DNA of 64,000 bases, from positions 125,366,001 through 125,430,000 of the forward strand of contig NW_024704742.1 of the NCBI RefSeq assembly GCF_018977255.1. Reading direction: 5' to 3'. Below, one piece after another: positions 37,271 through 49,974 of the stretch. The notes beneath the pieces are model-generated. The model was not told where the DNA came from. It saw only the letters and a program-made list of their open reading frames with translations, and did no database searches. The position numbers and the translations under genes were made by a program. Source of the DNA: Callorhinchus milii (Eukaryota). Positions within the stretch are counted from its first letter, which is position 1. Every line of letters starts with the position of its first letter.

Positions 37271-37734
37271 AAATGTGTTCGACACGTTTCTCATGATAAG
37301 TAATATGTTAGTGATTTATAAAGGAATTAATATTCTGACAGCGCAAAAGGATTTCAATCTAAATAACTTTCAATGATATATTCATAACATGTCCTTTACG
37401 AGTGGAGTTTTAATCTTGAGACGTGTACAAACTTTTGTTATTGTGAAATGCTTTGAAATCATTGTTGTCATGCATTCTCTTGTGGCCATACCATTGCCAA
37501 TCCCAATGCACCAAGGATGGATATGTAAGAGAGCTTGAAACTGGTTAGTCAATGGATTTATTGACCTAGTTCAAAACCACACAGTTTTCAATAAAGCATC
37601 GCTGTCTGGAAGTGCTAACGTTTTGGAAGATGTATTATACTGAAACCAGTTATGGTGCTGTGTTGTTAGTTACTTCACAACTATGATCATCTATCTCTGA
37701 ATTGTTACAATGTTTTGTTTCTCAAAAACGACAG

Positions 37735-38755
37735 TATCTATATGCTCCCTCTTGGTGATATCATCCGCAGACATGGAGTCAACTTCCACATATATGAGGA
37801 TGACGTCGAACTCTACCTCTCTGCCTCCACCCTTGCCTCCAGGACCACTGCTGTGCTGACAGAATGTCTGTCGGACATCAAGTCCTGGATGAGAGCTAAC
37901 TTTCTTCAGTTGAATGTCAACAAGACCGAGGCTCTCCTGATTGGCTCCGGTCAGTGCCTCCTCACCTCAGGCGCTGACAGCATCACCATCCGTTGTTACA
38001 TCCTCCACCTTGCTAAGCCAATCTTGGGATCTTGTTTGACCCTCAACTTTCCTTTCTGCCCCACATCTGCGCCATGACTCGTTCTACCTTCCCCACCTCC
38101 GCAACGTCGCCCGGCTCCGACACTGTCTCACACTGCAAGCTGCCAAAACCCTCATACACACTTTCATTACATCGAGGCTCAACTATGCAAACTCACTGCT
38201 TATCGGCCTCCCCAACTCTTCCCTCCACAGGCTGCAGATCAACCAGAAATCTGCAGCCCGTGTCCTCTCCCGCGCCAGGCTCCGTGACCCTATCAACCCC
38301 ATCCTTGCCCAACTCCACTGGTTTCCCATCATACAGAGGATACAGTTCAAGATCCTGGTCCTCACCTTCAAAGCCCTCCACGGTCTTGCTCCCCCCTACC
38401 TCTCCGACCTCCTAACCCCCTACCACCCTGTTCACTCCCTCCGCTCAGCGGGCTCCGGCCTGCTTCACGTCCCCTGCCTCGCTCGCCCCACTATCAGCAG
38501 GCGGGCCTTCCACCACTCTATACCCACCCTCTGGAACTCCAACCCTCAGTCCCTCCGTCTCGCCCCCTCCCTCGCCACCTTCAAGACCCATCTTAAGACC
38601 CTCCTCTTCGACCATGCTTTCAATCTCTCTATTTCCCACCCTGCCCTCCACCTTCCTCGACCCTCAGCCCGGGTCTGAAACTCTGTCTGTCCAGCGCCTT
38701 GGGTCGTCCTCCCGACGTGATAGGCGCTATACAAATGTAATTTTTTTGTTATTGT
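37735..38755 (+). mobile_element. L2 LINE (subfamily A), RT to 3' tail
   Basis: IYMLPLGDIIRRHGVNFHIYEDDVELY...WMRANFLQLNVNKTE. Confidence 0.95.
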
Positions 38756-39499
38756 TGCTGCTGTAGGGAGCCACTGTCTGTGGAGGCAACATTGTCAACA
38801 ATTGAACTTCAAACCAGCTTTGAATTAGTGACTAGTTTTGGGTATGAACACTGCACCCCTCAACCAGTAGTTGTAACAAATGGTTCAGCCGATAATCATC
38901 TGAAGCCAACAACCATCACTGTTGTCGCCTCTCATGAAGCACATGATTTCATTACGGTTGCAAGTGACATCAACCTAAGTAAAACAGCTTTGGAAAATCT
39001 TACAGTCCCCAGCCCTGCCATTGACACTTGCCATTAAAGTCTTATTTTGTTTCTTAGTACCAGGAGCCACATATCGTACGAGAAGTACAGCCTAGTAATT
39101 ATAAATTTATTTGGCATAGCCCTATAGTGGAAGTAATAATAATAATAAAATCTCAAAGAGCTTCAAGGAATATACCGTAAAGTGAATTGACTGTATATTT
39201 TTGTGGGTGAAAGCAGGTGGTGAGCACCTGACAAACATATGCTATTTTCCTCTTTGAAAAGATTCCGCTACTTGTCAGTTGATTTACCAACTGGAAATTT
39301 CTCCTGCTTTATTTTAGTCAATTCCTTCTTCATTCCTTCAGGGCTTTTGTATAAGTAACACATTTTTGCCATGACATTATCCTCTTAAGTCTGTGATTGG
39401 CTTTAATTGTGGCTACTGTTCCAAATATACTCTTTTAGCTCCAGATTTACTGTTTCAGCCACATTACTCACAACCGTAAATAATAAGAATAATAATTCC

Positions 39500-39740
39500 T
39501 TGCAATTCCTTGCTTCTCTTTTTGAATAGTGCCATGGGATCTTTAACTTCCACCTGAACAGTAGACGGGACCTAGGTTTAACATTTCATCTGAAGGACAG
39601 CATCTCCAACAATGCAAATCACCCCCAGCACTACATTGAGGTGTCATCTTAGACCATGTGAGTTTGAGTCCTGATGTGGAATTTGAACTCACAATCTTCT
39701 GATTCAGAGGTGAGAGTGCTACCGACTCAGCCAGCCTAAC
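39500..39740 (-). mobile_element. Old DeuSINE, 5' part
   Basis: aatagtgccatgggatctttaac...cagaggtgagagtgctaccgactcagcc. Confidence 0.82.
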
Positions 39741-39934
39741 TAGGGAAAATTGTTTATATCATTGCACAATAAACATTTTTGTGCTGTTTAAATATTATTA
39801 ATTTCCCCCCATAGACATCAATGTAAATCAACATTTGACAATAATAATTTAATTACAAATAAGCATTTTTTTTCAGATAAACCTGATGACTAAACAACTG
39901 TGCTGCTAATCTTTGAGAAGATGATGTGGTTTAA

Positions 39935-40795
39935 AGCCTGTCTCAGTTGGTAGCACTCTACCATGTTGGGACTTTGAGCATGTAGTTTTGGGCTAACACT
40001 CTGAAGCATGTTGGGGAAGCACTGCTGTGTCAAAGCTGCTGTCGTTTGGATGAGATGTTGAACTGAGGTCCAGCCTGCCTATCCAGGTGGATGTTGAAGA
40101 TCCTGTGACACTATTTGAGAAGTGGAGAGAATTTTCTCCCAGTGTCCTGGCCTACAATCCCCACATAAAATTAATTATTCACTTTACGACTCCATTGGCT
40201 CCCTATCCTTCAGAGGATCCAGTTCAAAATCCTGGTCCTCACATACAAAGCCCTCAATGGTGTCGCCCCACCCTATCTCTGTGACCTCCTAACCCCCTAC
40301 CAATCCGCCCGCTCCCTCCGCTCAGCCGGCTCCGGCCTGTTCCATGTCCCCCAACCCACCTTCCCCACCATTGGTGGGAGAACCTTCAGCCACTCTGCCC
40401 CCAACCTCTGGAACTCCATCCCCCAATCACTCCGCCTCACCCCCTCCTTAGCCTCCTTCAAGTCCCGCCTCAAAACCCTCCTCTTCGACCATGCCATTGA
40501 TCACCCCCCTTCCCCTCCCTTCTCCCCCCTGACCCCAGCTCGGGTCTGAAATGCTGTACACTGTCCAGTGCCTTGGGACATCCTCCCAACGTGAAAGGCG
40601 CTATACAAATATAATCTTGTTGTTGTATTTGTCGGACACTGTTGCGTGCATATTGCCTGCTGTGTGCGTATTGTTGTTTTAACAAAATACACAGTTACTA
40701 CACTTTACAGTAAATCCTGTAAAGGACTTTGAGGTAATTTCAACAACATAATAAGGTGCATATCAAATGCAAAGAATAGTATTACTATTTTATTA
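39935..40795 (+). mobile_element. Old DeuSINE split by an L2 insertion
   Basis: Head and Deu domain at 39935-40185; tail resumes at about 40625. Confidence 0.8.
40187..40625 (+). mobile_element. L2 3' fragment (subfamily A) nested in DeuSINE
   Basis: ctccattggctcccc...gtccagtgccttgggacatcctcccaacgtgaaaggcgctatac. Confidence 0.9.
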
Positions 40796-40819
40796 TCACT
40801 CTACATTTTCCCCATTGAT

Positions 40820-40933
40820 GACCTAAATTCCAGTTGGAGTTATGCATAGATTCCGTAGATGATGTGCTTTTATAATGGGTGAAGTGCTTTTAGACGGAAG
40901 TGCAACACGTAACACCGTTCGGAATTTCAGTCC
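40820..40933. mobile_element. Short MITE-like element
   Basis: Imperfect TIRs gacctaaattccagttggagtta / taacaccgttcggaatttcagtc. Confidence 0.45.
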
Positions 40934-42119
40934 ACAAGTATTTTGTTAACTGAAACACAGAGCTCAGAGGGTTAATGCTTTCTGTACTGCACTTGGTGTT
41001 CCAGTAAGATCCTTAGCCCAGCTTCATTAATCCAGTCAGCACAATGGCTCATGTTAGAGATGGGGCCCTAATAAATCACTCTGAGTGCTGGGGGGTTGAG
41101 GGCTGCTAATTAATCAGCACTGTCATTATGTTTGTCTTGTAGAAGGCTTACTTTGTTTAGGACAAGAAGGCAGGGCAGTTAACCTGCTGAATACTAACCA
41201 CACACACATATCATTATTCAGAATACTGCTGTGATACTCTCAACTGGGAGACTGTGAGTTCCATTCCTAGTACTTTCTCCCTCTAGTTTCATTGTCTTGT
41301 TTTTTTTAAGTATATTTTTGCCTGAACTGGTGGGTGAGCTGCAACGAAGCACTCACGTCAATTAAAGTCGATTGATTTGGATTTATTCAGAAATGTACAT
41401 GCTGTGGCCAAACTTCAGATACACATATCGCTTTAAGATAACACTGTCAAATGCATCCTAGCATGAGTCATTGCCTTCACCACAGGAAGGGTAAAGAGAG
41501 AAAATGGAGGGGAGGAATTGAATAAACACAACTGCCAGTGTTAATATGTGAGGCAGTGGAACAAATAACAGTTCTGTGCACATGTAATGCTATTTTGGAA
41601 GTAGGGCTACAAATGGGAAAAAAAAAGAAATTGGTGCTTCCAGGCTTTCTCACTGGAATAACAATTTATTTCACATTTAAATTTTATTTGCATCCATTGC
41701 ATATGGGGCTACCTGCCTGTATTTTGCTCTTGACATATCCTAGTTATATTGGAAGTACGTCAGTGAGTGTTAGAAACATTGTATTAACATCAATTTGATA
41801 GACTTTAATGACTTAGAAATAAACGGCTTTTTTCCTCAACAATGTTAGCGTTAGTTCCCCTATTGGCAGGTGGTGAAGAATGTTTTGAAGGATAGAGACC
41901 ACACTTTCGGAAGACAAGAATGGAACTCTTAAAAAGGCATTCCAGCTCTTGTGAAATACAATGTTGCCTCCAAAATGGAGAGGGATGGACAAGACTGTCT
42001 TTAATGATGTTAAATGAGTAGTCCCACCATCAAGTAAATAACCGGAACATATTACAAAAGAGGGAGAAAGTGTCACCACAAAAAATATCCTCCACAATCC
42101 AAGGGATTCTTAATGACAG

Positions 42120-42405
42120 ACCAGCCAGCTTGGCTCAACAGCAAGACTTGGCGTGCAGATTTGAAGCAGGGATTCCTCACACCTTAGCTCCTGTTGACTC
42201 TGCAAGCCAAAGCCCTAGCGGGTAGGGTGATCCTAGCTGGACAAATAGCGGAAAGTTGCCAGACAGTGCTCAGAATAGAAAGCTGTTTTAGATGTTTAAA
42301 CTCCGGTAGTACCTCCAATTCAGACTCTCAGTTCCCCAAGCCTTGACTCTCTCTTCCCTAACCTGTGCGTAATATTCTCCAAAAATAGGTAAGGTAGGAG
42401 TGCGA
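42120..42405 (+). repeat. Family X copy
   Basis: gctcctgttgactctgcaagccaaagccctagcgggtagggtgatcctagctggac. Confidence 0.8.
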
Positions 42406-42519
42406 TTATCGGAACACAAGATATTGTATGATGAAGTGGACCAATAGCTCCGGAAATAATCTAAATATTACAAATTAATAATAATAATTTGGTCACTCAA
42501 GTCACGACACTTTCCAGGC

Positions 42520-42745
42520 TCACTCACACCGTCTCCCTCTCTCTCTTTCACTCACTCGTTAGCTCACTCACTCGCTCCCTCCACCCTTCACTGTCACTTA
42601 CTCACATATCATCTCTCTCGCAACGACTTTCTTTCTCACAATCGCACCATCTCTTCTACCTCACTTCCCTCTCCCTCCTTCACACTCTCACCCCATCTCC
42701 TACTCTCTCACAAATCTTTTCTCTCCCCTTCACACTCTCGCACCA
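42520..42745. repeat. CT/CA-rich low-complexity tract
   Basis: Degenerate (CT)n/(CTCA)n. Confidence 0.85.
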
Positions 42746-42751
42746 TTTTGT

Positions 42752-43102
42752 GGAGTTATAGCTCAGTGGTTAGAGCACTCACCTCCCAAGCGAGAGATCT
42801 GGGTTTGATTTCCAGCTGGGTGAAACCTTGGACAAGTTTCCTTACTCCATACACCTGTTTATCTAGCAGTAAGTAGGAACCTGGCTATTAGTGGATTGGC
42901 AGATCACTTTTCCAGGGTTAATAATGCCTTAAAAAAAAATTGGTCATTCAATCTACAGCTGTTTGTGGGACACTGCTGTGCGCAATTGGCTGCTGCGTTT
43001 CACCCACAAAATATACAGTCAGTTCATTTTATGGTATATTCTGTGAAGAGTTTTGAGATGTCTCGAAGATGTGTTAAGGGGCTATAGCAAATGCAAGGAT
43101 TA
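42752..43102 (+). mobile_element. Young SINE, long variant
   Basis: tRNA-like head plus ctgtttatctagcagtaagtaggaacc segment. Confidence 0.9.
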
Positions 43103-43622
43103 GAGTGTTATTCTATTGAAAGAGAATGCATTCCAGACACAGGGAAACTTCTATGTGTAAGTGGCAGACATATTTATACTGGTTAGTCCCTGGAGCTCAG
43201 GCATTTCCTCCTCCAACCTCCCACAATCCTCCGCTCACCATGATGTTTGCGCTTCCTTTTCCTGTTGGAAGTGATATATACATAAACCTGCCATGTCCAC
43301 ATGGCAGATCTCACCTGATTGAACCAGGGTCAGAGCCTCGCTCTGTAAATAGCTTTTGACTGGCTACAGTCCTACCATCAGATATTGAATCTACCAGCGA
43401 CTAACACGATAGCATTTGTTCCCAAAAATGTTACAGAACGATAGATGTGACCCCTTAGCTCAAGGCTGACATAATTTCTAGCCCAATGAGTTTATAGTAA
43501 CATACCTTTCAGCCTTTTATGCTATTTGCAATCATATTGCTGGGCTCAACACATTTGCCATTATCACAAAGTGTGACAGAGAAGGAGGAGCAGATGGAGT
43601 GATGCTTCGTTGGCAACAAAAT

Positions 43623-43855
43623 GATCCAGGTCAATAAATCCATGGACTGACCAATCAAACTCTTTTATAATCAGTCTCTCATGCATCTTTATTTCTTCAG
43701 TTCTCAGGAAAATGGATACTTACATGATTTACCGTATAAAGCATCTTCCATTCATAAAAGTATTTTCAGAAAGAAATGAAAGATTAGAACTCCACTCATA
43801 TAGGATGCAATATAAATGCACAGTCAACCAGTTCATGGATTTATGACCTAAATCT
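43623..43855. repeat. Inverted-repeat-bounded segment (MITE-like)
   Basis: aggtcaataaatccatggactg / cagttcatggatttatgacct. Confidence 0.5.
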
Positions 43856-44165
43856 GCCTGGGCAGTTGGACTGTAAGTCCCTCTAGAATGTGTTTCTATT
43901 AGCAGTTTGGCGGGAGGGGGCTCATCTGTTCTGGATGCACTTTCACTTAACCCTCTTTTGGATACCTGCCTCTGGAATACAATTCCTTGTGTTGTGAAGG
44001 AATTTGTCCAGATATTTCATTTGCTAGCCGGTCAGATTTGCAATTATAACTATTGATGGAGGAAGAGTCATGTAACATGTTATAGCATTGTCAAGTAATG
44101 CACAGTTGCTGCGTTGGTGGGAAACTATAATATAGAGAAACAGTGCTGCTGAAATAGTACTTTGT

Positions 44166-44520
44166 GGAGACCTGTAGCTCAGTGGTTAGAGCACTCACCT
44201 CACAAGAGAGAGACCTAGGTTTGATTCCCGGCAGGGTGAAATATTGGGCAAGTTTCCTTACTCCACATGCCTCTGTTTACCTTGCAGAAAGTAGGAACCC
44301 GGTTGTTAGTTGATTGGTGGATCGATTTTCTGGGGGTAACAATTCCTTTTTTAAAAAATTGGTTACTTCAATCCACGACTGTTTGTGGGACACTGCTGTG
44401 CACAATTGGCTGCCGCGTTTCGCCCACAAAATATACAGTCAATTCATTTCACAGTTAATTTTGTGAAGCACTTTGAGATGTCTCGAAAATTGATAAGAAT
44501 TATTATTATTTATTATTATA
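44166..44520 (+). mobile_element. Young SINE, long variant
   Basis: tRNA-like head plus ctctgtttaccttgcagaaagtaggaacccggttgttag segment. Confidence 0.92.
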
Positions 44521-45181
44521 ACGTTTCATCATTGAGTATTGTTCCAATTGTGCATTAGTAACTAATTAGTCACTATATCCTAACTTGTGGAACTCTTTGC
44601 TTCAATCCCTCTATCTATCTTTAAATTCCAACTTAAGACCTACCTCTTTGGCCATACATATGGTCACATTGTTACATAAGTGCAAGTCATTGTTGTTGTT
44701 ATCACCTCCCCTTCCCCCTAGCTTGGTGACCAATCCCATGACTGCATAGCTTTCCAAGATGCTGTACTGCTTGCAGGGTGCTAAAAACACGTACATTGGT
44801 GATGTTGTAGTAACAGAGCTACGGGTCCCAACACCACGGTTTTGGTTTGACCCTGAGATGAACAATCCTATTTTGTCACGTTTGGACCCACATTGTGCTA
44901 CATTCCTCATCCCAGTGCCCAAACAAAATGGCAGCACTTGTATCCCCAGTGGAGCAAATTCGTTACTTGGAAAAGGTTCCCATCTTCCTGTGATTCCAAA
45001 TGCATTCCTTAAATAAGGCACAAGACACCTTCAAGAATCCTGCAAATTTTACCCCACAGAACAGAACAACCCATGGTGCATGGGCAGGAAGTGGCCCCCA
45101 GGAGCTGTCAAGAAGTGGCTTGCCAAACATTTGCACTAGTCTGGTTGAGTCTGTTTTAAATCAATGGTTTGTTTCCAGTTT

Positions 45182-45242
45182 TTTTCTTGATTGAATGTTT
45201 CTTGATTTATGGCATAAATCAAGAAATATTCAATCAAGAAAA
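45182..45242. repeat. 61-bp near-perfect palindrome
   Basis: 30-bp arms, 1-nt centre, one G:T mismatch. Confidence 0.92.
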
Positions 45243-45779
45243 TTTATTTTGTTGGCCGACCAAAAAGGTTGGCCACCACTGCTATGAAGTGACTTGCAGT
45301 CAAATCACAGCATTACAGGATTAGTGAGATAGAGGAGACTGACTTGCAGTATTTCTTAATATGATTTCTTAATAGGAATCTTGTTTTCAGAGAAAATTGT
45401 TTGTTACTGATTGATTTTCCCCCTAAAATCCTGTTATTTATGGGGAAAATTGATAAATTGAAATTGAAAATTGGTAATTAAACTGAATTTCAACATTGTT
45501 AAAAAGACACCAAAAGCAAAAAAAAACTCAAAAGGGAAACGTCATTTAACTTTTGCTTTATCTCAATTCAAGTTAGAATTAAAGGTTTTGCACATTAGCA
45601 AACAATCTTAATTAGACAGCTTTTGTCCATCCACTTTGCAGATTCTCTCATTTAAATATCACTAACTATATCTCCCTGGAGGCCTCAAAAAGCTCACAAT
45701 CATATAGTCTTAAGGCCATTGTCATAAAATTTAAGTTTGGAAAATTTTAAAATTCCGTCTTCATGTAAAATGTAAAGTC

Positions 45780-46080
45780 AGTCCTTCAGATCAAACTTTA
45801 AACTGAGATCCTGTTTGCCTCTTCACGTGAATGTTAAAGATCCTACGGAACTATTTGAAAAGAAAAGGAATTCTCCCAGTGTCCTGGCCAACAATCCCCC
45901 TAATAATATGGGTTACTCCCTTAATGACTGAATGTGGGATATTACACTGTACAATTAGCTGCCGTGTTTGCCTACGAAATACATAGTCATTACACTTTAC
46001 AGCTTACTCCGTAAAAAACGTTTGAAACTTCCTCCTGACATGAAAGGCGCTATATTAATTGCAAACATTATTATTATTTT
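45780..46080 (+). mobile_element. Old DeuSINE, headless
   Basis: ttaaactgag...gttaaagatcc...gtgtcctggccaacaatcccc...gaaaggcgctata. Confidence 0.78.
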
Positions 46081-46505
46081 TCATCATGTTTCCAAAGTTT
46101 AGGACAATGACCTAAGGCAAATATGATGAGAAAATCATATATATTTTCAAAAGCATTTTCATTCAGCAGAAAATACACAGGAAGGCAATCCACTTCCGTC
46201 TCTCCCTGTATTTGGAGCGACTGGGTAATCAATGAGAAATCTGTTTCCATCACCTGTTCTCCTCATTGTTACGCTGTTACAAGTTATAGTCAGTGGGAGG
46301 AAATGAGAGACAGATGCTTGAAAATGTAATCGATGGTTAAAAATAATCAATACGGTTATTTATATTTGGTATTATTCCAATTGAGTTACTCTAGCTACCC
46401 ATTATTAATAAAATTGGTAATTTCACTTCATAGCTGTTTGTGGGACTATTGCAGTGCACTAATTGGCTGTCATAAAATGCACAGTTTTTGAGATGTCCTT
46501 CCAAC

Positions 46506-46801
46506 CAGGGGCGGAAAAGGTGTATGGGAAATCGAGATATTTCCCGAATGCCCCCGTGAATGGTACCTAAGCGAATGGCTATGAATGGCTCCCGATGCTT
46601 ACCATCCCGTGCGGAGCCTAGTTCAGAAGTTCCATTTAAGCCCACCAAAGTTTTTAAACGCACTGATGTTTTACACTTTTGGACGCTAGCCCCCCAAACA
46701 CAAATCGGTGCCCCCATTAATCAGTGTCCCCAATGTATCAGTGCCCCCGTTTTACATGCCAATCCTGAGACCTTTTGGGGAACCAGTCGGCCACTACTCA
46801 C
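46506..46801 (+). mobile_element. CpG-rich insertion with a hAT-like terminus, interrupting a SINE tail
   Basis: Starts CAGGGGCGG; repeated (tcag)tgccccc motifs; SINE tail halves on both sides. Confidence 0.45.
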
Positions 46802-46827
46802 GGTGTTAAAGGCACTATAATAAATGT

Positions 46828-47235
46828 TAGAGGATACAGTTCAAGATCCTAGACCTCACTTTCAAAGCCCTCCACGGCCTTGTCCCCCCTACCTCTGTGA
46901 CCTCCTAATCCCCTACCAACCTGCCCACTCCCTCTGCTCAGCGGGCTCCGGCCTTGCCCGGCCCACCATTGGTAGGCAAGCCATGAACCACTCTGTCCCC
47001 ACCCTCTGGAATCCATCCCACAGTTCCATCGCCTCGCCCCTTCCCTTGCCTCCTTCAAAGACCCATCTCAAGACCCTCTTCTTCGACCATGCCTTCGATC
47101 ACACTCCTTTCCCCTGTACCCTCCACCCTCCCCGATCTCGACCCACAGCTCAGGTCTGAAACACTGATTGTCTAGCATCTTGGGACGTCCTCCCGATGTG
47201 AAAGGCGCTATAAAAATTTAATTTTGTTGATGTTG
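46828..47235 (+). mobile_element. L2 3' fragment (subfamily A)
   Basis: agaggatacagttcaagatcc...tgggacgtcctcccgatgtgaaaggcgcta. Confidence 0.92.
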
Positions 47236-48849
47236 GCAATATTATCACATAGATATCTATGCAGCAGCAGAAATGGTTTGAGCAATACAGCTAGAAATGA
47301 TGAATTGTAACAAAGGTAACGATTTAGTACATTCCTTCAAGTTATAGATTACAGACACAAGACGTTTTGCTGAACAACAGAAGGCTCTCAGGACATGGGG
47401 ATTAATAAGAAGTAGCAAATGGAAATATATTTATTGGCACACACAGTGGATGTTGGCATCTAACATTTTGCCAAATATTTATCCGAGGCCCAGTTTTTCA
47501 TGACAGAGGAGCTAAACGCCAAATCCTGTGCAGGCTGCAAGCAGACAGTTGGGCTGATCAGCAGATCACAGTAATTTACAGACTTGTGGTACTTAATATA
47601 ATGCAATAATCTATGCTGTGCAGTTTGTCATTTGGATGAGGCCACAGATTATAGCTTAAGGCTGTGCATCTGTGCACAGATCTGGGAGGAAATGGACTGG
47701 GAGCTGAGCAGCTGAGCTGGCCTCTCCCATACTGGAAAATTCAACTCCTGCTCCAGAGGTCACTGCACACATCAAAGATGACAGGCCAAATTGTTAAGCA
47801 TGTGAGTAATATGCATATATAGCACAGCCTGCCTGATGTCTAGAGACTCTCCGTAGCTGGTTAGTGGCTAGTCTTAATTTTATGTGACAAACCAATGCAG
47901 GAAGAACTGAATTGGTGACTAAATGGAGCATATTGATGTCCCACAGGGTGCAGCCCATGATGTTTTGACAAATTCTCTTTAGCATTTATCAATCACTTTC
48001 ACAATGGAGAGTGTGCTGAATGTCTTAATCAGACATGCCGGTCAGGGCTAATAGAGTGAGGTAGCATGTTATTCAATTTGTTCTTGTTAGCACAAGTCTT
48101 TGGCATTGAGCAGTTTACATGCACACATCACCACAATGAAAAGGGACATTTGTGAAACTTTATCCACTCATCATTGATATATTTTAATAATGAAAATAGT
48201 AAAACAAGCTTACAATTAGTAATTCCTTGTATATAATTCTTGTAAATTGTTTAGAAAGTTTACAGTGGGCAGCATTACGTTTGAATGGAATAGTGCCTAA
48301 TCAATAGACAACTATCATTTAAATCCTTTGAACAGTGGACAATGTTTCCAGCTTAATAATGGTATGAATGTGCAACAATGGTATTGTATACATTTTTAAA
48401 TAGGCAACAGCATAATCCTAACGTAAATTTGTCAGTTATATTACCAAATATTAGCACTTCAAGATGATTTTAAAGCTTGAGTGGTTTTATTATTTCTGAA
48501 CTCTGGGATGTATTTAATGCCTGGGTGCACTCCCATAATTATTCCTCTACATAATGTATACAGACATATGCACCACTTGATGAAATTTGGTAACAGAGTT
48601 TATTGGTAAGCTCTCCAGCAATAGGTGCCCATGACTTTATCAGATGCCTTAAACTGTAGTCACGTGGCTCACACTGTAATGTTGTATGACTCATACTGCA
48701 GTTACGTACACTTGGAACTTCCAGTGGGGGGGAATTTTTGAAGGCATTTGTTTACAAGGCGCTGCCTTACAATAAAATTTAGAATCAAAATCGAATTCTT
48801 TGATAAGAAATTTTAGTGAGGACTTCTTCCAGTAACTGACATCATAGTG

Positions 48850-49610
48850 GCAGCCTGGCTCAGTTGGTAGAACTCTCACTCTGAGTCAGAAGCTGTGGTT
48901 CAAGCACCATGCCAGGACTTTGAACTCATAAGTCTAGGTTGACACTCCAATGCAGTGCTGGGGATGTGCTGTTTTGTTGAAGGTGCTATCCTTCAGATGA
49001 AACATTAACTTGAGGTCAGCCAGCCCACCAAATCTGGCTCATCAGCATCACTTGCAAACCAGTCACTAGGGTCAAGAACTGCAAGCCAAAGTCTTAATGG
49101 GTAGGGTGATCCTAGAGGGTGGTCCTAGCTGGACAAGTAACAGAAAAGCTTGCCAGGTTATACTCTCAATAGCAAATTAGGCAGTTTTAGCTTGTAAGTC
49201 TCCCGCTGTACCCCAAAGCACACTATGAGGTCCCCTTGCCTTGGCTCTTGCCAAACTGCACCCAAAACTTTCCGGAATAAGTAAGCAGGATGCATCCCTC
49301 CAGGGAGAGAATGTGTATTCTATTCCAATAAACATCTCTGGAATTGCATGCAAGGAACTCTCAGTTTGGTTTGGATTCTCTTAAGCATGGTGATGGTTTT
49401 CCGCATGCATCAGACACCCGACTGACACCAAAAAGAAAATTGAGTCCCCATCTTCCTGTCCATTTGGATATTAAAGATCCCGTGACATTCTTCGAAAAGA
49501 GAAGGAAGTTTCTCCCTTCTGCATTCCTGGCCAAATTGGCTGCCTTGTTTATATATAAAATACTTAGTCAATCCACTTTACAATATATCCTGTGAAGTGC
49601 TTAAGGATGT
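48850..49610 (+). mobile_element. Old DeuSINE split by a family X insertion
   Basis: Head to ...acattaacttgaggtc at about 49017; resumes cccatcttcctgtccatttggatattaaagatcc at about 49446. Confidence 0.8.
49018..49445 (+). repeat. Family X copy nested in DeuSINE
   Basis: Colinear with the reverse complement of 19140-19545; ends ctgacaccaaaaagaaaa. Confidence 0.82.
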
Positions 49611-49974
49611 TCTCCCAATGCAGTGTTAGACCCCATTATCTGACTATGAAATATATATACTTTGCAATCTAAGTGACAACACATTTTATTACTCTGACTT
49701 CCAATGTGAAATTCATTTGTAATACAACTAATTTTTTTTATGGAACTATTCTTTAAATGACGATTTTTCAGTTTTGACAGTGAAAATTCTGATTGTTTAC
49801 TATCAGAATTATTATTAGATTTATAAGTGTGAAGCAAATTGACTTGGAAGAATGCTCCCTAAATATAAATGTGACTTTCATCATAATATGGGTTAACTTA
49901 AAGACAATTTAATTGGCCACTTATTTAGATATGTTTAATCTTCTTGAGATGATCGTGATTGTCACTTGTGTTCC

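Noticed and set aside
44611..45021. Overlapping 136-aa and 85-aa ORFs
   Set aside because: No recognisable motif or splice context; partly overlaps an L2 tail remnant.
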